Shown: piece by piece, positions 18,923 through 28,235 of the stretch
How positions within the stretch are numbered: position 1 is the stretch's first letter
How the letters are laid out: every line of letters starts with the position of its first letter
NCBI GenBank assembly: GCA_049976425.1
Contig: JBMFIG010000003.1
Location: 1-64,000, forward strand
Source: Thermoproteus sp.
Lineage (GTDB): Archaea > Thermoproteota > Thermoprotei > Thermoproteales > Thermoproteaceae
Direction: 5' to 3'
Length of the DNA: 64,000 nt
Translations under genes and position numbers: made by a program
Notes under the pieces: generated by a model
Told to the model about the DNA's origin: nothing
Databases searched by the model: none
Seen by the model: only the letters and a program-made list of their open reading frames with translations

Positions 18923-18936
18923 TACCCCATATTGCC

Positions 18937-20847
18937 CTATCCGGGGCCCGATTTAAGGTTTTTCCCGAGATGTCTGTCCAGCCACTCAAGCTTCTGTTTA
19001 AGGTCCTCGATCCTGTGCCTCGGCTTCCCCTTCCTGGTCAGCTCGTGGGACTCGCCTGGGAACAACACCAGCCTGGTCTCGACCCCGTTCAGTTTAAGCG
19101 CTGTGTAGAACGCCACGCCTTGGTCCAGCCAGGTTCTGTAGTCCTCTATTGAGTGGATTACCAACGTCGGCGTCTTGACCCTCCCGGCGTAGAACAACGG
19201 GCTCTTCTCTATACATCTGTCCCTATCCCTCCAGGGCGTGCAACAGATCTGGTCCTCGACGAAGTACCACCCTATATCGGTGGTGCCGAACATAGATATC
19301 CAGTCGCAGATAGATCTCTGGGTTATCGCGGCGGCGAAGCGGTCCGTGTGGGTCACTATCCAGTTGGTCATGAAGCCGCCGTAGGATCCTCCGGCAACCG
19401 CCGCCCGCCTCTCGTCGAGCTCGAAACGGGCGAGGACGTAGTCCACCGCTTCCATTAAGTCCTGGTAGTCCCTCTCGCCGTACCTGCACCTTATGTCGGC
19501 GAACTCCTCGCTGTACCCGTCGGAGCCTCTGGGATTCGTGTAGACCACGGCGTACCCCTTAGAGGCCAGTAGCTGGAACTCGAACATGAAGCTCCAGCCA
19601 TACGCCGTCTTGGGGCCGCCGTGTATGTAGAGGACCCAAGGCCTCTTCCCCGTGCCCTTAGGCATGAGCACCCAGCCCTCTATATCGGCGCCGTCGCTCG
19701 CCTTGAAGGTGAAGTGCTCCGGCTTCAGGAAGCCCAAGGACTCCTTCGCGAAGTCGTTGAAGGAGGTGAGCCTCTCTGTCCGCCCGCCCTCATACAGGTA
19801 GAGCTCCTTAGGCGAGTCGGCCGTCATGAACGTGTAGAGCACCCGCCCGCTCCCGTCCACAGCGAACTCGTCGACGACGCCCTCGCCGCCTATCACCCTC
19901 TCGACCTTCCCGTCCACATCGACCCTGTAGAGCTCCGCAGAGCCCCCGACGGTGGCCACGAAATAGACGAAGTCGCCCGCCCACTGGATCGCGGGGGAGT
20001 AGCTGGGCCCCCTCACGTCGCTGTTGAGAGTGTTGACCGCGTTCCTGTCGAAGTCGCAGGTAAGGCACCGCTCGGATCCGTCCAGCCAATAGACGTAGAT
20101 CCTGTTATGCGAGGCGAAGCCCCTCGGCATCTTGTGGCCGGCCACGGCGACTGCGTCCGACTTGGGGCTCCAAGCCACGTGGTGGGCCGACTCGAGCCCT
20201 CTGGCGAGGACCTTATGGGTCTTTGCTACCACGTCGTAGACGACCAGGTCGACCAGGTAAGGCCTCAGCTGGTCTCTGGCCACGGTATAGGCTATGTAGC
20301 GCCCGTCGGGGCTCCAAGCGGCGTGCCTCACCCTAGCCCAGCCCTCGGTCACCGCCTTCTTCACCCCGCTCGCGGCGTCGACTAGATATAGGTGGGACTC
20401 GACGTTGTAGGAGAAGCCGAAGTCGTTCATCCAGAGCGGTAGCCCCTCCACGTGCTTCACGTCCTTCTCCGGCTTTCCCCTATAGGCGACCACCGCGAGC
20501 CTCGAGCCGTCGGGCGACCACGAGAGATCCAAGACGCCGAGAGGGAAGTAGGCCAGCCGTCTAGGGACGCCGCCTCTCTCCAGTATCCAGAGCCCTATCC
20601 CTCTGGACTTTTTGCCTAGACCTCGCCGGGATAGAAAGGCGATGCGCCCGTCCCTAGGCAAAGGCGCTATGTCGGCCGGGCCGGGGAGGATAGCCCTCTT
20701 CTCCAGACTGGACAGATCCACCTCCCATATCGACGAGTCGTACCGATCCTTCTTGATATTTATCTTGGTATATACGAAGTACCCCCTGCCGCCGTCGAGG
20801 GCCGGGTTGGAGACCAAGACGAGCTTGGCCAAGTCCTTCGGCTCCAT
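18937..20847 (-). CDS. S9 family peptidase (acylamino-acid-releasing enzyme-like)
   Basis: Beta-propeller repeats (WSPDG), HGGP, GGSYGG, and D...H completing the triad. Confidence 0.93.
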   Translation of the reverse strand: MEPKDLAKLVLVSNPALDGGRGYFVYTKINIKKDRYDSSIWEVDLSSLEKRAILPGPADIAPLPRDGRIAFLSRRGLGKKSRGIGLWILERGGVPRRLAYFPLGVLDLSWSPDGSRLAVVAYRGKPEKDVKHVEGLPLWMNDFGFSYNVESHLYLVDAASGVKKAVTEGWARVRHAAWSPDGRYIAYTVARDQLRPYLVDLVVYDVVAKTHKVLARGLESAHHVAWSPKSDAVAVAGHKMPRGFASHNRIYVYWLDGSERCLTCDFDRNAVNTLNSDVRGPSYSPAIQWAGDFVYFVATVGGSAELYRVDVDGKVERVIGGEGVVDEFAVDGSGRVLYTFMTADSPKELYLYEGGRTERLTSFNDFAKESLGFLKPEHFTFKASDGADIEGWVLMPKGTGKRPWVLYIHGGPKTAYGWSFMFEFQLLASKGYAVVYTNPRGSDGYSEEFADIRCRYGERDYQDLMEAVDYVLARFELDERRAAVAGGSYGGFMTNWIVTHTDRFAAAITQRSICDWISMFGTTDIGWYFVEDQICCTPWRDRDRCIEKSPLFYAGRVKTPTLVIHSIEDYRTWLDQGVAFYTALKLNGVETRLVLFPGESHELTRKGKPRHRIEDLKQKLEWLDRHLGKNLKSGPG

Positions 20848-20945
20848 GAGGTGCGCGGGAAGCCCCTAATAATAGATTTCCCTCAAGCCCCAGCGCCGGG
20901 CAGGCCGCCGGCGCAATAGAGGCCGAGGCCGTTGGGCGGCTCGGC

Positions 20946-21950
20946 TCAGGCGCCTGGACACGCCTCGTTTAACAAAGACAGAGCGGTCAACAGCCTATCC
21001 TCCGGCAACACCAGCGCGATCCTCGCGTGGTTGGGCGAGCCGAATACCTCTCCCGGCAACACCGAGACTCCGCGGGAGAGGGCCCTCCTCAATAACTCGG
21101 TGCCGCTACAGCCCAGACGCGGGAATATGTAGAAGGCGCCTTTGGGCTCGACGAACTTCAAGCCTAACGCCTTCTTGGCGATCTCGACCCTCCGCCTGTA
21201 TATCTCCGACAGCCTCGCGGCTATGCGCGGTATCTCGGGCACCAGAGGCGCGACGGCCCTCTGCAACACAGAGGGGGCTAAGTTGACGGTAGCTCTGTTA
21301 AATCTGACGACGAGCCTCGCGACATCTCTAGGCGCTATGACTGCGCCCAGCCTGAAGCCGGGAACGGAGAAGACCTTGCTGAAGCTGTAAACCACGGCGA
21401 CGTTCGGGGACAGCTTAAGAGGAGACACGAACTCGGCGAACGCGATATCCCTATACACCTCGTCGCTTATCACAAACTCGGCGACGTCCACAAGCTCCTT
21501 GACCTTCCCTCTGTCCAGTATGGCGCCTGTGGGGTTGTTGGGGTAGTTCACGAGGTAGACCCCGCGTCGGGAGAACTCGGGGGTCCAGCCGCGGCCCTCC
21601 TCGGCGTCTACGAAGTCAAGCCTTATGTCGAACGCAGAGGCTATCTCGAGGTAGCCGGGGTAGTAGGGCCTCGTCGTTATTAACCCGGCCTTCCTGAAGG
21701 CCCACATAAGCGCCGCCACGCCGTGCCTCCCGCCGGCGACCACCACTACCTCGTCCCTATCGACGCCGAAAAGTCCGGCGATCGCCTCTCTGAGCTCGGG
21801 CAGACCCTCGGAGGGACCGTACGGCGCGTCCCTTAACTGTCTCAAAGCCTCCAGCACCTCTCTCGGAGGCTCGACGTCTGGCTCGCCTATATCGAGCCTA
21901 TAGGCCGGCCTAGCCTTGTTTATCTCGGCCAAAGCCTCCACTATATCCAT
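20946..21950 (-). CDS. Class I/II PLP aminotransferase, probably aromatic/aspartate
   Basis: NYPNNPTG, SDEVY and SFSKVFSVPGFRLG motifs, within the aro cluster. Confidence 0.88.
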   Translation of the reverse strand: MDIVEALAEINKARPAYRLDIGEPDVEPPREVLEALRQLRDAPYGPSEGLPELREAIAGLFGVDRDEVVVVAGGRHGVAALMWAFRKAGLITTRPYYPGYLEIASAFDIRLDFVDAEEGRGWTPEFSRRGVYLVNYPNNPTGAILDRGKVKELVDVAEFVISDEVYRDIAFAEFVSPLKLSPNVAVVYSFSKVFSVPGFRLGAVIAPRDVARLVVRFNRATVNLAPSVLQRAVAPLVPEIPRIAARLSEIYRRRVEIAKKALGLKFVEPKGAFYIFPRLGCSGTELLRRALSRGVSVLPGEVFGSPNHARIALVLPEDRLLTALSLLNEACPGA

Positions 21951-21973
21951 CGCCACCGCCACGCGGCCTATTT

Positions 21974-23176
21974 TTAAGCAATGAGGTAGAGCGGCGCCGA
22001 GGGCCAAGTCTTGGCTACCGGCGATATGTCGTCGACGCAACCGCCTACGGCCCTCGCCGCGACGAGTGCCATCAAGCATATCCTATGATCGCCGTGGCAC
22101 TTGAACTCGACGTCTCTAGCCCTCGGAGGCCCTTCAACGAACAAGGCCCCGTCCTTATATTCGGCGGAGATCCCCATCCTGCCCAACACGTCCCTTATGG
22201 TCTCTATCCTGTTGGACTCCTTATACGCCAGATGCTCCACGCCCCTCAACGCGCTACGGCCCGGCGCGAAGGCGGCCAGAAGAGCCGCCGGAGGGGCCAG
22301 ATCAGGCGCGTTGGACAGATCGACGTCGATAGGCCTCGTCGGCGCCCCCTCCACGGATACGACGTTGCCGGACGCGCTAACCGAGACCCCCGACTCCTTG
22401 AGCACATCTAATATCGCCTTGTCGGGCCCCTCTCCCAGCCCGCCCACCGAGACGCGGCCTCCGGTCACTGCGGCGCCCACCAACAAGAAGGCCGAAAGGG
22501 CGTAGTCCCCCGGCACCTCGACGGAGCCCGGCGACTTCAAGGGCCCCTCGACGACGACCTCGCCGCCCTCTATCCGGACTCTGCCGCCGAATCTTCTGAG
22601 GACGTCGGCCGTCGCCTCCACGTACTGCCACGACTTCCTCCCCTCCACCCTGATGCGCCCGCCCTCCTCGGCCACGGCTGAGAGGTACATAAGCCCGCTG
22701 ACGTACTGCGATGTGATGTCGCCGCGTATGGCCGCGTCCACGCGTCTGACTCCGCCGCTCTTGATGAGCACGACGCCTGGCATCCAGACGACCTCGGCGT
22801 ATCTCTTCAGCACGGCCACCAAGTCCTCCAGAGGCCTTCTGCTGACCTGCTCCGAGGCGTATATCACCGTGGTGCCCTTGATGCCGGCGTAGAGGGCCGT
22901 GGCCACCCTCAACGTGAAGCCCGAATCCCCGACGCTGAAGGCGCGCACAGGCTCCGGCTCCCTCCTCCCTATCACGGCCCTCTGGCCTACGAGCGATATG
23001 TTCGAGATAGGCTGTGCGGCCCTCAAGGCGGCCACCACGTCGTCGCTCAGCTCCAGCGGCCCCACCTCGGTGGAGCCCTCGGCGAGCGCCGCGGCCAGTA
23101 TGTAGCGTTGGCTCAAGGGCTTAGACGGCGGCGCCGCGAAGTCGCCAGATATAGGGGAGGGCCTTACGCAGAGCAT
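21974..23176 (-). CDS. aroA: EPSP synthase
   Basis: PPSK...R, SGFTLR, ITSQYVSGL, PGD, PDL, KESNR and DHRI motifs. Confidence 0.93.
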   Translation of the reverse strand: MLCVRPSPISGDFAAPPSKPLSQRYILAAALAEGSTEVGPLELSDDVVAALRAAQPISNISLVGQRAVIGRREPEPVRAFSVGDSGFTLRVATALYAGIKGTTVIYASEQVSRRPLEDLVAVLKRYAEVVWMPGVVLIKSGGVRRVDAAIRGDITSQYVSGLMYLSAVAEEGGRIRVEGRKSWQYVEATADVLRRFGGRVRIEGGEVVVEGPLKSPGSVEVPGDYALSAFLLVGAAVTGGRVSVGGLGEGPDKAILDVLKESGVSVSASGNVVSVEGAPTRPIDVDLSNAPDLAPPAALLAAFAPGRSALRGVEHLAYKESNRIETIRDVLGRMGISAEYKDGALFVEGPPRARDVEFKCHGDHRICLMALVAARAVGGCVDDISPVAKTWPSAPLYLIA

Positions 23177-23386
23177 CAACAAACGAAACCCGTGTAATAA
23201 AAACGAGAGCCCGCCCGCGGGGTCTTCATTTTTGTTTCGCCTACGTTTATCAGCGCGCGGCCGCCCGGGCCGCTGGCTGTGGAGGGCTAGAGGTCGGCAC
23301 ATATACGGAGCCGATACAGACAGCCGCTGACTTACGACATCCCTACTACGTCCCCTCCGCGCGAGGACCACCAGTTCTTGGACGTC

Positions 23387-24412
23387 CTACGCGGGACACC
23401 TCAGCCTCTCTATGACCCTCTTGACCGATTCGAGCGGCACCTCCTCCAGGACCCATCTGCCTATGTCCGTGGGCACCGGCATGAGCAGGCGGTCGCCCCT
23501 CCTCTTCTTGTCGCGCTCCACCAGGCGTTTGGCCTCCTCCACGTCGTCCGGCCCCAGACAGACCTTCGTCGGGAGGCCGAAGGCCGTCAAGAGGCCCAAG
23601 AGCTCGTCTAGGTGCGCCTCCTTGAAGAGACCGGCCTCGACGGCCGCGGCGCCCTCAACGGCCATGCCTACGGAGACGGCCTCGCCGTGTAGCAGACCTA
23701 GAAGCCTCTCCACTGCGTGGCCCACAGTGTGTCCGAAGTTAAGCACCTGTCTCACCCCCTTGGTCTCGAACTCGTCCTCCTCGACTACCGAGGCCTTTAT
23801 CTTGGCGCATCTGTAGACCGCCTCCTCCAGAAGCGTCCCGTCCCTCCTCCTCAGCCCAGCCGCATTGGCCTTAAGCCAGGCGAAGAGGTCGCCGTCCAGC
23901 GTCACTCCATACTTCACCGCCTCGGCGAAGGCGGAGGCGTAGACCCTGTCGGGGAGCCGATCCACGAACCTCAGATCGGCGATTATCACGTCGGGCTGAT
24001 AGAACACGCCCACCAGATTCTTGACGCGACCCCAGTCGACGGCCCCCTTTCCTCCTACCGCCGCGTCGATCATGGCGAGCAGAGTCGTGGGGACCAAGGC
24101 TAGCCGCATGCCCCTCATGTACGTCCCTGCGGCGAAGGTGGCTAGGTCCAACAGAGCCCCGCCCCCGACGGCCACTAAATACGTCGATCTGTCGGCGCCG
24201 CGGGACATCAGATGCTCGTACACCTTGGTGAGGACCTCCAAGCTCTTGACCTCCTCGCCGCCTCCCAGCACTAGGGCGTCCTCGAACTCCACGCCAGAGT
24301 TGGCGTCGACGAGGTAGACTGCCCTGCCCCCCACGAACGAGCGCACGTCGAGGCCTCTGCCGACCACGAACTTCGTGGCGCCTCTGCTGTGCCGGTAGGC
24401 GAACTCCCTCAT
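23387..24412 (-). CDS. aroB: 3-dehydroquinate synthase
   Basis: GEEVK, GGGALLD, PTTLLAMIDAAVGGK, LNFGHT.GH and HGEAV motifs. Confidence 0.95.
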   Translation of the reverse strand: MREFAYRHSRGATKFVVGRGLDVRSFVGGRAVYLVDANSGVEFEDALVLGGGEEVKSLEVLTKVYEHLMSRGADRSTYLVAVGGGALLDLATFAAGTYMRGMRLALVPTTLLAMIDAAVGGKGAVDWGRVKNLVGVFYQPDVIIADLRFVDRLPDRVYASAFAEAVKYGVTLDGDLFAWLKANAAGLRRRDGTLLEEAVYRCAKIKASVVEEDEFETKGVRQVLNFGHTVGHAVERLLGLLHGEAVSVGMAVEGAAAVEAGLFKEAHLDELLGLLTAFGLPTKVCLGPDDVEEAKRLVERDKKRRGDRLLMPVPTDIGRWVLEEVPLESVKRVIERLRCPA

Positions 24413-25356
24413 CTCGATAGGGAGATCAACTCCTCGGCCCTCGCCGCTATGTTGTCGGGGGTTAGGCCGAAGAACTGGTAGAGGTCGGCGGGGCTCTTCG
24501 CGGTCCTCCCGAAGCCCTTGACGCCCATTATGGCCATGGGCTTAGGCCCCAGATTTATCAACGCCTCGGCGACCGCGGAGCCGAAGCCGCCGTGGACCAC
24601 GTGCTCCTCGACGGTGACTATTGCCTTCACCGTCCTCGCGTAGCGCGACAGGAGCGTGAGGTCCAGCGGCTTCACAGTGGGGAAGTGCAGAACGGCGGCC
24701 GATACCCCCTTCTCCTTGAGTATATGCGCCGCGTCCAAGGCGAAGCTCAACATCTGGCCGGTCGTCAGCAGGGCAACGTCGTGGCCGTCGAGAGCGACGT
24801 AGCCCTTACCCACCTCGAAGACCTTATACATGTCGCAGGTGGTCGGCACGTGGAAGTCCCTGCCCACCCTTATGTAGACGGGGCCCTTGACCTCGGCGGA
24901 GGCCATGACGGCCCTATACGTCTCGCAGGAATCAGCCGGCGCGATCACGGTGAAGTTCGGCAGTACGCGGAAGAGCGCCAGGTCCTCCAATGCCTGGTGC
25001 GACGGGCCGTCGTAGGCGTCGGAGAAGCCGGCGTGGGTGCCCACCAAGCGGACGGGGAGGTTGAGGCGCGCTATGGAGTTCCTTATTATCTCCCAAGCTC
25101 TGGCCATAAACGCCGCGAACGTCAAGGCGTAGGGCATAAAGCCGGCGCTGGCCAGGCCCGCCGCTATGGCGGCCATTGCCTGCTCCGCAATGCCGACGTT
25201 GAAGAACCTGTCGGGGTGCCTCTCGGCGAAGAACCTAGCCCTGGTGGTCTCCCCAGTATCCGCCACCAACACGACCACGTCGTTTCTCAAATCGCCCAAA
25301 TCGGCGAGCGCCTTGCCGGCGGCCTCCCTCGGCGTGAGCTCCTCGACTAGCGACAT
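24409..25356 (-). CDS. Transketolase, C-terminal subunit
   Basis: GIAEQ, DGPSHQ..ED, GPVYIR and EEH...GGFG motifs. Confidence 0.92.
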   Translation of the reverse strand: MSLVEELTPREAAGKALADLGDLRNDVVVLVADTGETTRARFFAERHPDRFFNVGIAEQAMAAIAAGLASAGFMPYALTFAAFMARAWEIIRNSIARLNLPVRLVGTHAGFSDAYDGPSHQALEDLALFRVLPNFTVIAPADSCETYRAVMASAEVKGPVYIRVGRDFHVPTTCDMYKVFEVGKGYVALDGHDVALLTTGQMLSFALDAAHILKEKGVSAAVLHFPTVKPLDLTLLSRYARTVKAIVTVEEHVVHGGFGSAVAEALINLGPKPMAIMGVKGFGRTAKSPADLYQFFGLTPDNIAARAEELISLSR

Positions 25357-26144
25357 GATAGCTTGCCGGCGAGCTCCAACGCCTCGTCCCTAGGTATCCT
25401 CTGTTTTATAGAGCCTTCGAGGCCCTGCACCCCCTTGCCCCTGACGGTCCTCGCTATGATGACGCTCGGCGCGCCCGCCTTCTCGGCGGCCTCCAACGCC
25501 TCGACGAGCTTGTCCACGTCGTGGCCGTCCACCGTCTGGACGAAGAAGCCCATCGCCTTGAACCGGCCCGCCAGATCGCCCTTCTTGAGCACTTCGTCCG
25601 ACGGCCCGTCCAGTTGCGCGTTGTTGAGGTCGACGATCGTCACCACGTTGCTCAAGCCGTAGGAGGCCACCACTGCGAAGGACTCCCAAGACACCCCCTC
25701 GTCGAGCTCGCCGTCGCCCGTCACCAGATACACGCGGCCGGTGGCGCCCCTAAGCTTAAGCCCCAGGGCGAGGCCCACCGCCATGCCTATGCCGAGGCCT
25801 AGAGAGCCCGAGTTGGACACGTCGACGAACGGCGTGTCGTCCTCGGGATGGTTCTGGAGCCTGCTACCCAAGGAGCCCGTCTCCCTGAGTTCGTCCAGGT
25901 TCAGATACCCGAAGACAGAGGCGAGGGCGTATATGGCGTGCACAGCGTGTCCCTTCGAGAGGACCAGGTAGTTCCTCGTCGACAGCCCGTTGTGCGCGTT
26001 GAACCTCACGCGGCCGGTTCCGTATAGGGCGGTCAATATGTCGAGCACCGACAACGAGGAGCCTATATGGATGCCGGGATCGTACGCGGCCATTATGAGT
26101 AGCCTTCGCCTCGCCTCACAAGCCAGCTCGCTCAACGACCCCAC
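25347..26144 (-). CDS. Transketolase, N-terminal subunit
   Basis: HIGSSLS, LSKGH, GSLG and GDGELDEG...N TPP-binding motif. Confidence 0.92.
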   Translation of the reverse strand: MGSLSELACEARRRLLIMAAYDPGIHIGSSLSVLDILTALYGTGRVRFNAHNGLSTRNYLVLSKGHAVHAIYALASVFGYLNLDELRETGSLGSRLQNHPEDDTPFVDVSNSGSLGLGIGMAVGLALGLKLRGATGRVYLVTGDGELDEGVSWESFAVVASYGLSNVVTIVDLNNAQLDGPSDEVLKKGDLAGRFKAMGFFVQTVDGHDVDKLVEALEAAEKAGAPSVIIARTVRGKGVQGLEGSIKQRIPRDEALELAGKLSCR

Positions 26145-26198
26145 CCCGATTTCGCGTACCCCGAGGCGAGTTCCATGTCAGGGGGCGAGAGACCCTTT

Positions 26199-27179
26199 TT
26201 AAACGTTACTGCCGACCGTCGACAGCCCCAGCCGCGAGAGCAGCCCCACCAAGCCGTCGGCCACCGCCTGCTTCAAGGCCTGCGGTTGCAGGACGCCGTT
26301 TTTGTAGTCCTCGGCGAGCGCCTTTGCGTCCTCGTACCTCCTCCCGCCGATCTCCAGAGGGCCTCCGTACGGCACCAGCAGGTAGGCGGCCAGCTCGAAG
26401 ACTGGGTTGAACTCCACCTCCCTCGGAGGACAGTAGGCCGCCCAGATCTTCTTGCCGATCTCCTCCGGGGTATCCGTGACGTAGATGGCAGAACCTGGCC
26501 GCGACTTGGACATCTTGTACAGCGCGAGCACCTCGTCTATCTCCCTGCTGGTGCCCTCCATCCTCCCGACTCCGCTGAGGGATGTTACTATGGGCGTGTG
26601 TATCGAGGCGGGCTTCTTGAGGCCCAGCTTCTCGGCGACGTCGCGCGCCAGCATGTGGGCCCTCCTCTGGTCCAGGCCGCCCAGCGCCACGTCCACGTCT
26701 AGATAGAACATGTCGGCGACTTGCATGGCCGGGTAGAGCAACTTGGAGAAGTCCAGCTCCACCTCCTCTTGGCGCCTGCCCATTATGGGTATGGCGCGTC
26801 TAATCCTGGCGAGAGACGTCGACTTGGCGACCTTCACCACGAGCTCCCAATATCTAGGATCGGCCGCCAGCTCTCTGCCGTCCTTGAACTTGAACTTGCC
26901 GGATATTCTGGCCGCCAGCTCCCTTATCCTAGCCGCGTGCTCGGCCAGAGACGCGAAGTCGCCCTTATCATTTATCCAGGCGTGCCACGTGGCCTCGAGG
27001 AGCAACACCTCAAAGCCGGCCTCCACGAGATCCCGCGCCTTGAACATCCATATCAGCCAGCCCACGTGCACCGGCCACACTGGCTCGTAGCCCACATAGG
27101 CCCTGCCGCCGACCCTCGACCTTACCTCCTCCTCGGTTATCACCTCCACGGCGTTTCTGGTCACCAGATCAAGGACCAT
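26199..27179 (-). CDS. tyrS: Tyrosyl-tRNA synthetase (archaeal type, divergent HIGH region)
   Basis: YVGYEP...HVGW, HAWINDK, YPAMQ.AD, GGLDQR.AH and KMSKS motifs. Confidence 0.88.
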   Translation of the reverse strand: MVLDLVTRNAVEVITEEEVRSRVGGRAYVGYEPVWPVHVGWLIWMFKARDLVEAGFEVLLLEATWHAWINDKGDFASLAEHAARIRELAARISGKFKFKDGRELAADPRYWELVVKVAKSTSLARIRRAIPIMGRRQEEVELDFSKLLYPAMQVADMFYLDVDVALGGLDQRRAHMLARDVAEKLGLKKPASIHTPIVTSLSGVGRMEGTSREIDEVLALYKMSKSRPGSAIYVTDTPEEIGKKIWAAYCPPREVEFNPVFELAAYLLVPYGGPLEIGGRRYEDAKALAEDYKNGVLQPQALKQAVADGLVGLLSRLGLSTVGSNV

Positions 27180-27245
27180 GGGCCAAAGTATAGAGTTATT
27201 AAGAAGTAATGCCGAAGATATATAAGCCGTTATCGTCCCGGCCCC

Positions 27246-28235
27246 ATGCTATATGCGTTCAGGGATCCGGAGAGGGCGAAGGCCCTCAAGGAATATCTAG
27301 ATCGTGAGGGCATCTCATCATGGTATATAGAGGCTTGGGGCTACTACATAGTGACGGCTCCTCCAAACGCCAAGGCCAAGCCGCCGGTCAAGGCAGACGT
27401 GGAGGTGGACCTAAAGGGGGAGTACCAGCTGGTGTCCCGGGCGTGGAAGAAGGAGCCCACTGCCGTGAGGATAGGCGATAGGGAGATCGCCGAGGGCAAG
27501 ATCTTCGTCATAGCGGGGCCGTGCTCGGTGGAGAGCAGAGAACAGATATTCTCGGCGGCGAAGGCCGTCAAGGAGATGGGCGCCCACGCGTTGAGGGGAG
27601 GCGCCTTCAAGCCGAGGACGTCCCCCTACTCCTTCCAGGGGCTGGGCGAGGAGGGGCTGAAGCTGTTGGCCGAGGCCAGGTCGGTCACTGGGCTACCCGT
27701 GGTGACCGAGGTCATGGACGGCCAAGACATACCGCTGGTCGCGAAATACGCCGACGCGCTCCAGATAGGCGCCAGGAACATGCAGAACTTCACGCTTCTG
27801 AAGAAGCTCGGGAAGGCGGGGAAGCCGGTTCTGCTGAAGAGGGGCTTCGGCAATACCATCGACGAGTGGCTGGCAGCCGCCGAGTACGTGGCCCTCCACG
27901 GAAACGGCGACGTGGTGTTGGTGGAGAGGGGCATAAGGACCTTCGACAGGACTCTCAGGTTCACGCTGGACGTCGGCGCCATAGCCTACGCGAAGCAGGC
28001 GACGCATCTGCCCGTGATCGGCGATCCGAGCCACCCGGCGGGCGACCGCCGCTTCGTCATACCGCTCGCTCTGGCAATACTGGCGGCCGGCGCCGACGGG
28101 TTGATAGTCGAGGTGCACCCCGATCCGGACAAGGCGCTGAGCGACGCGGCGCAACAGCTGACGTTCGGCCAATTCGGGGAGTTGATGGAAAAAGCGAGGG
28201 CTTTGGCGAGGGCTCTAGGGAAGACCTTAGAGTAG
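27246..28235 (+). CDS. aroF: DAHP synthase type I-beta with a short N-terminal regulatory domain
   Basis: IAGPCSVE, KPRTSPYSFQG, GARNMQN and DPSH motifs. Confidence 0.94.
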   Translation: MLYAFRDPERAKALKEYLDREGISSWYIEAWGYYIVTAPPNAKAKPPVKADVEVDLKGEYQLVSRAWKKEPTAVRIGDREIAEGKIFVIAGPCSVESREQIFSAAKAVKEMGAHALRGGAFKPRTSPYSFQGLGEEGLKLLAEARSVTGLPVVTEVMDGQDIPLVAKYADALQIGARNMQNFTLLKKLGKAGKPVLLKRGFGNTIDEWLAAAEYVALHGNGDVVLVERGIRTFDRTLRFTLDVGAIAYAKQATHLPVIGDPSHPAGDRRFVIPLALAILAAGADGLIVEVHPDPDKALSDAAQQLTFGQFGELMEKARALARALGKTLE

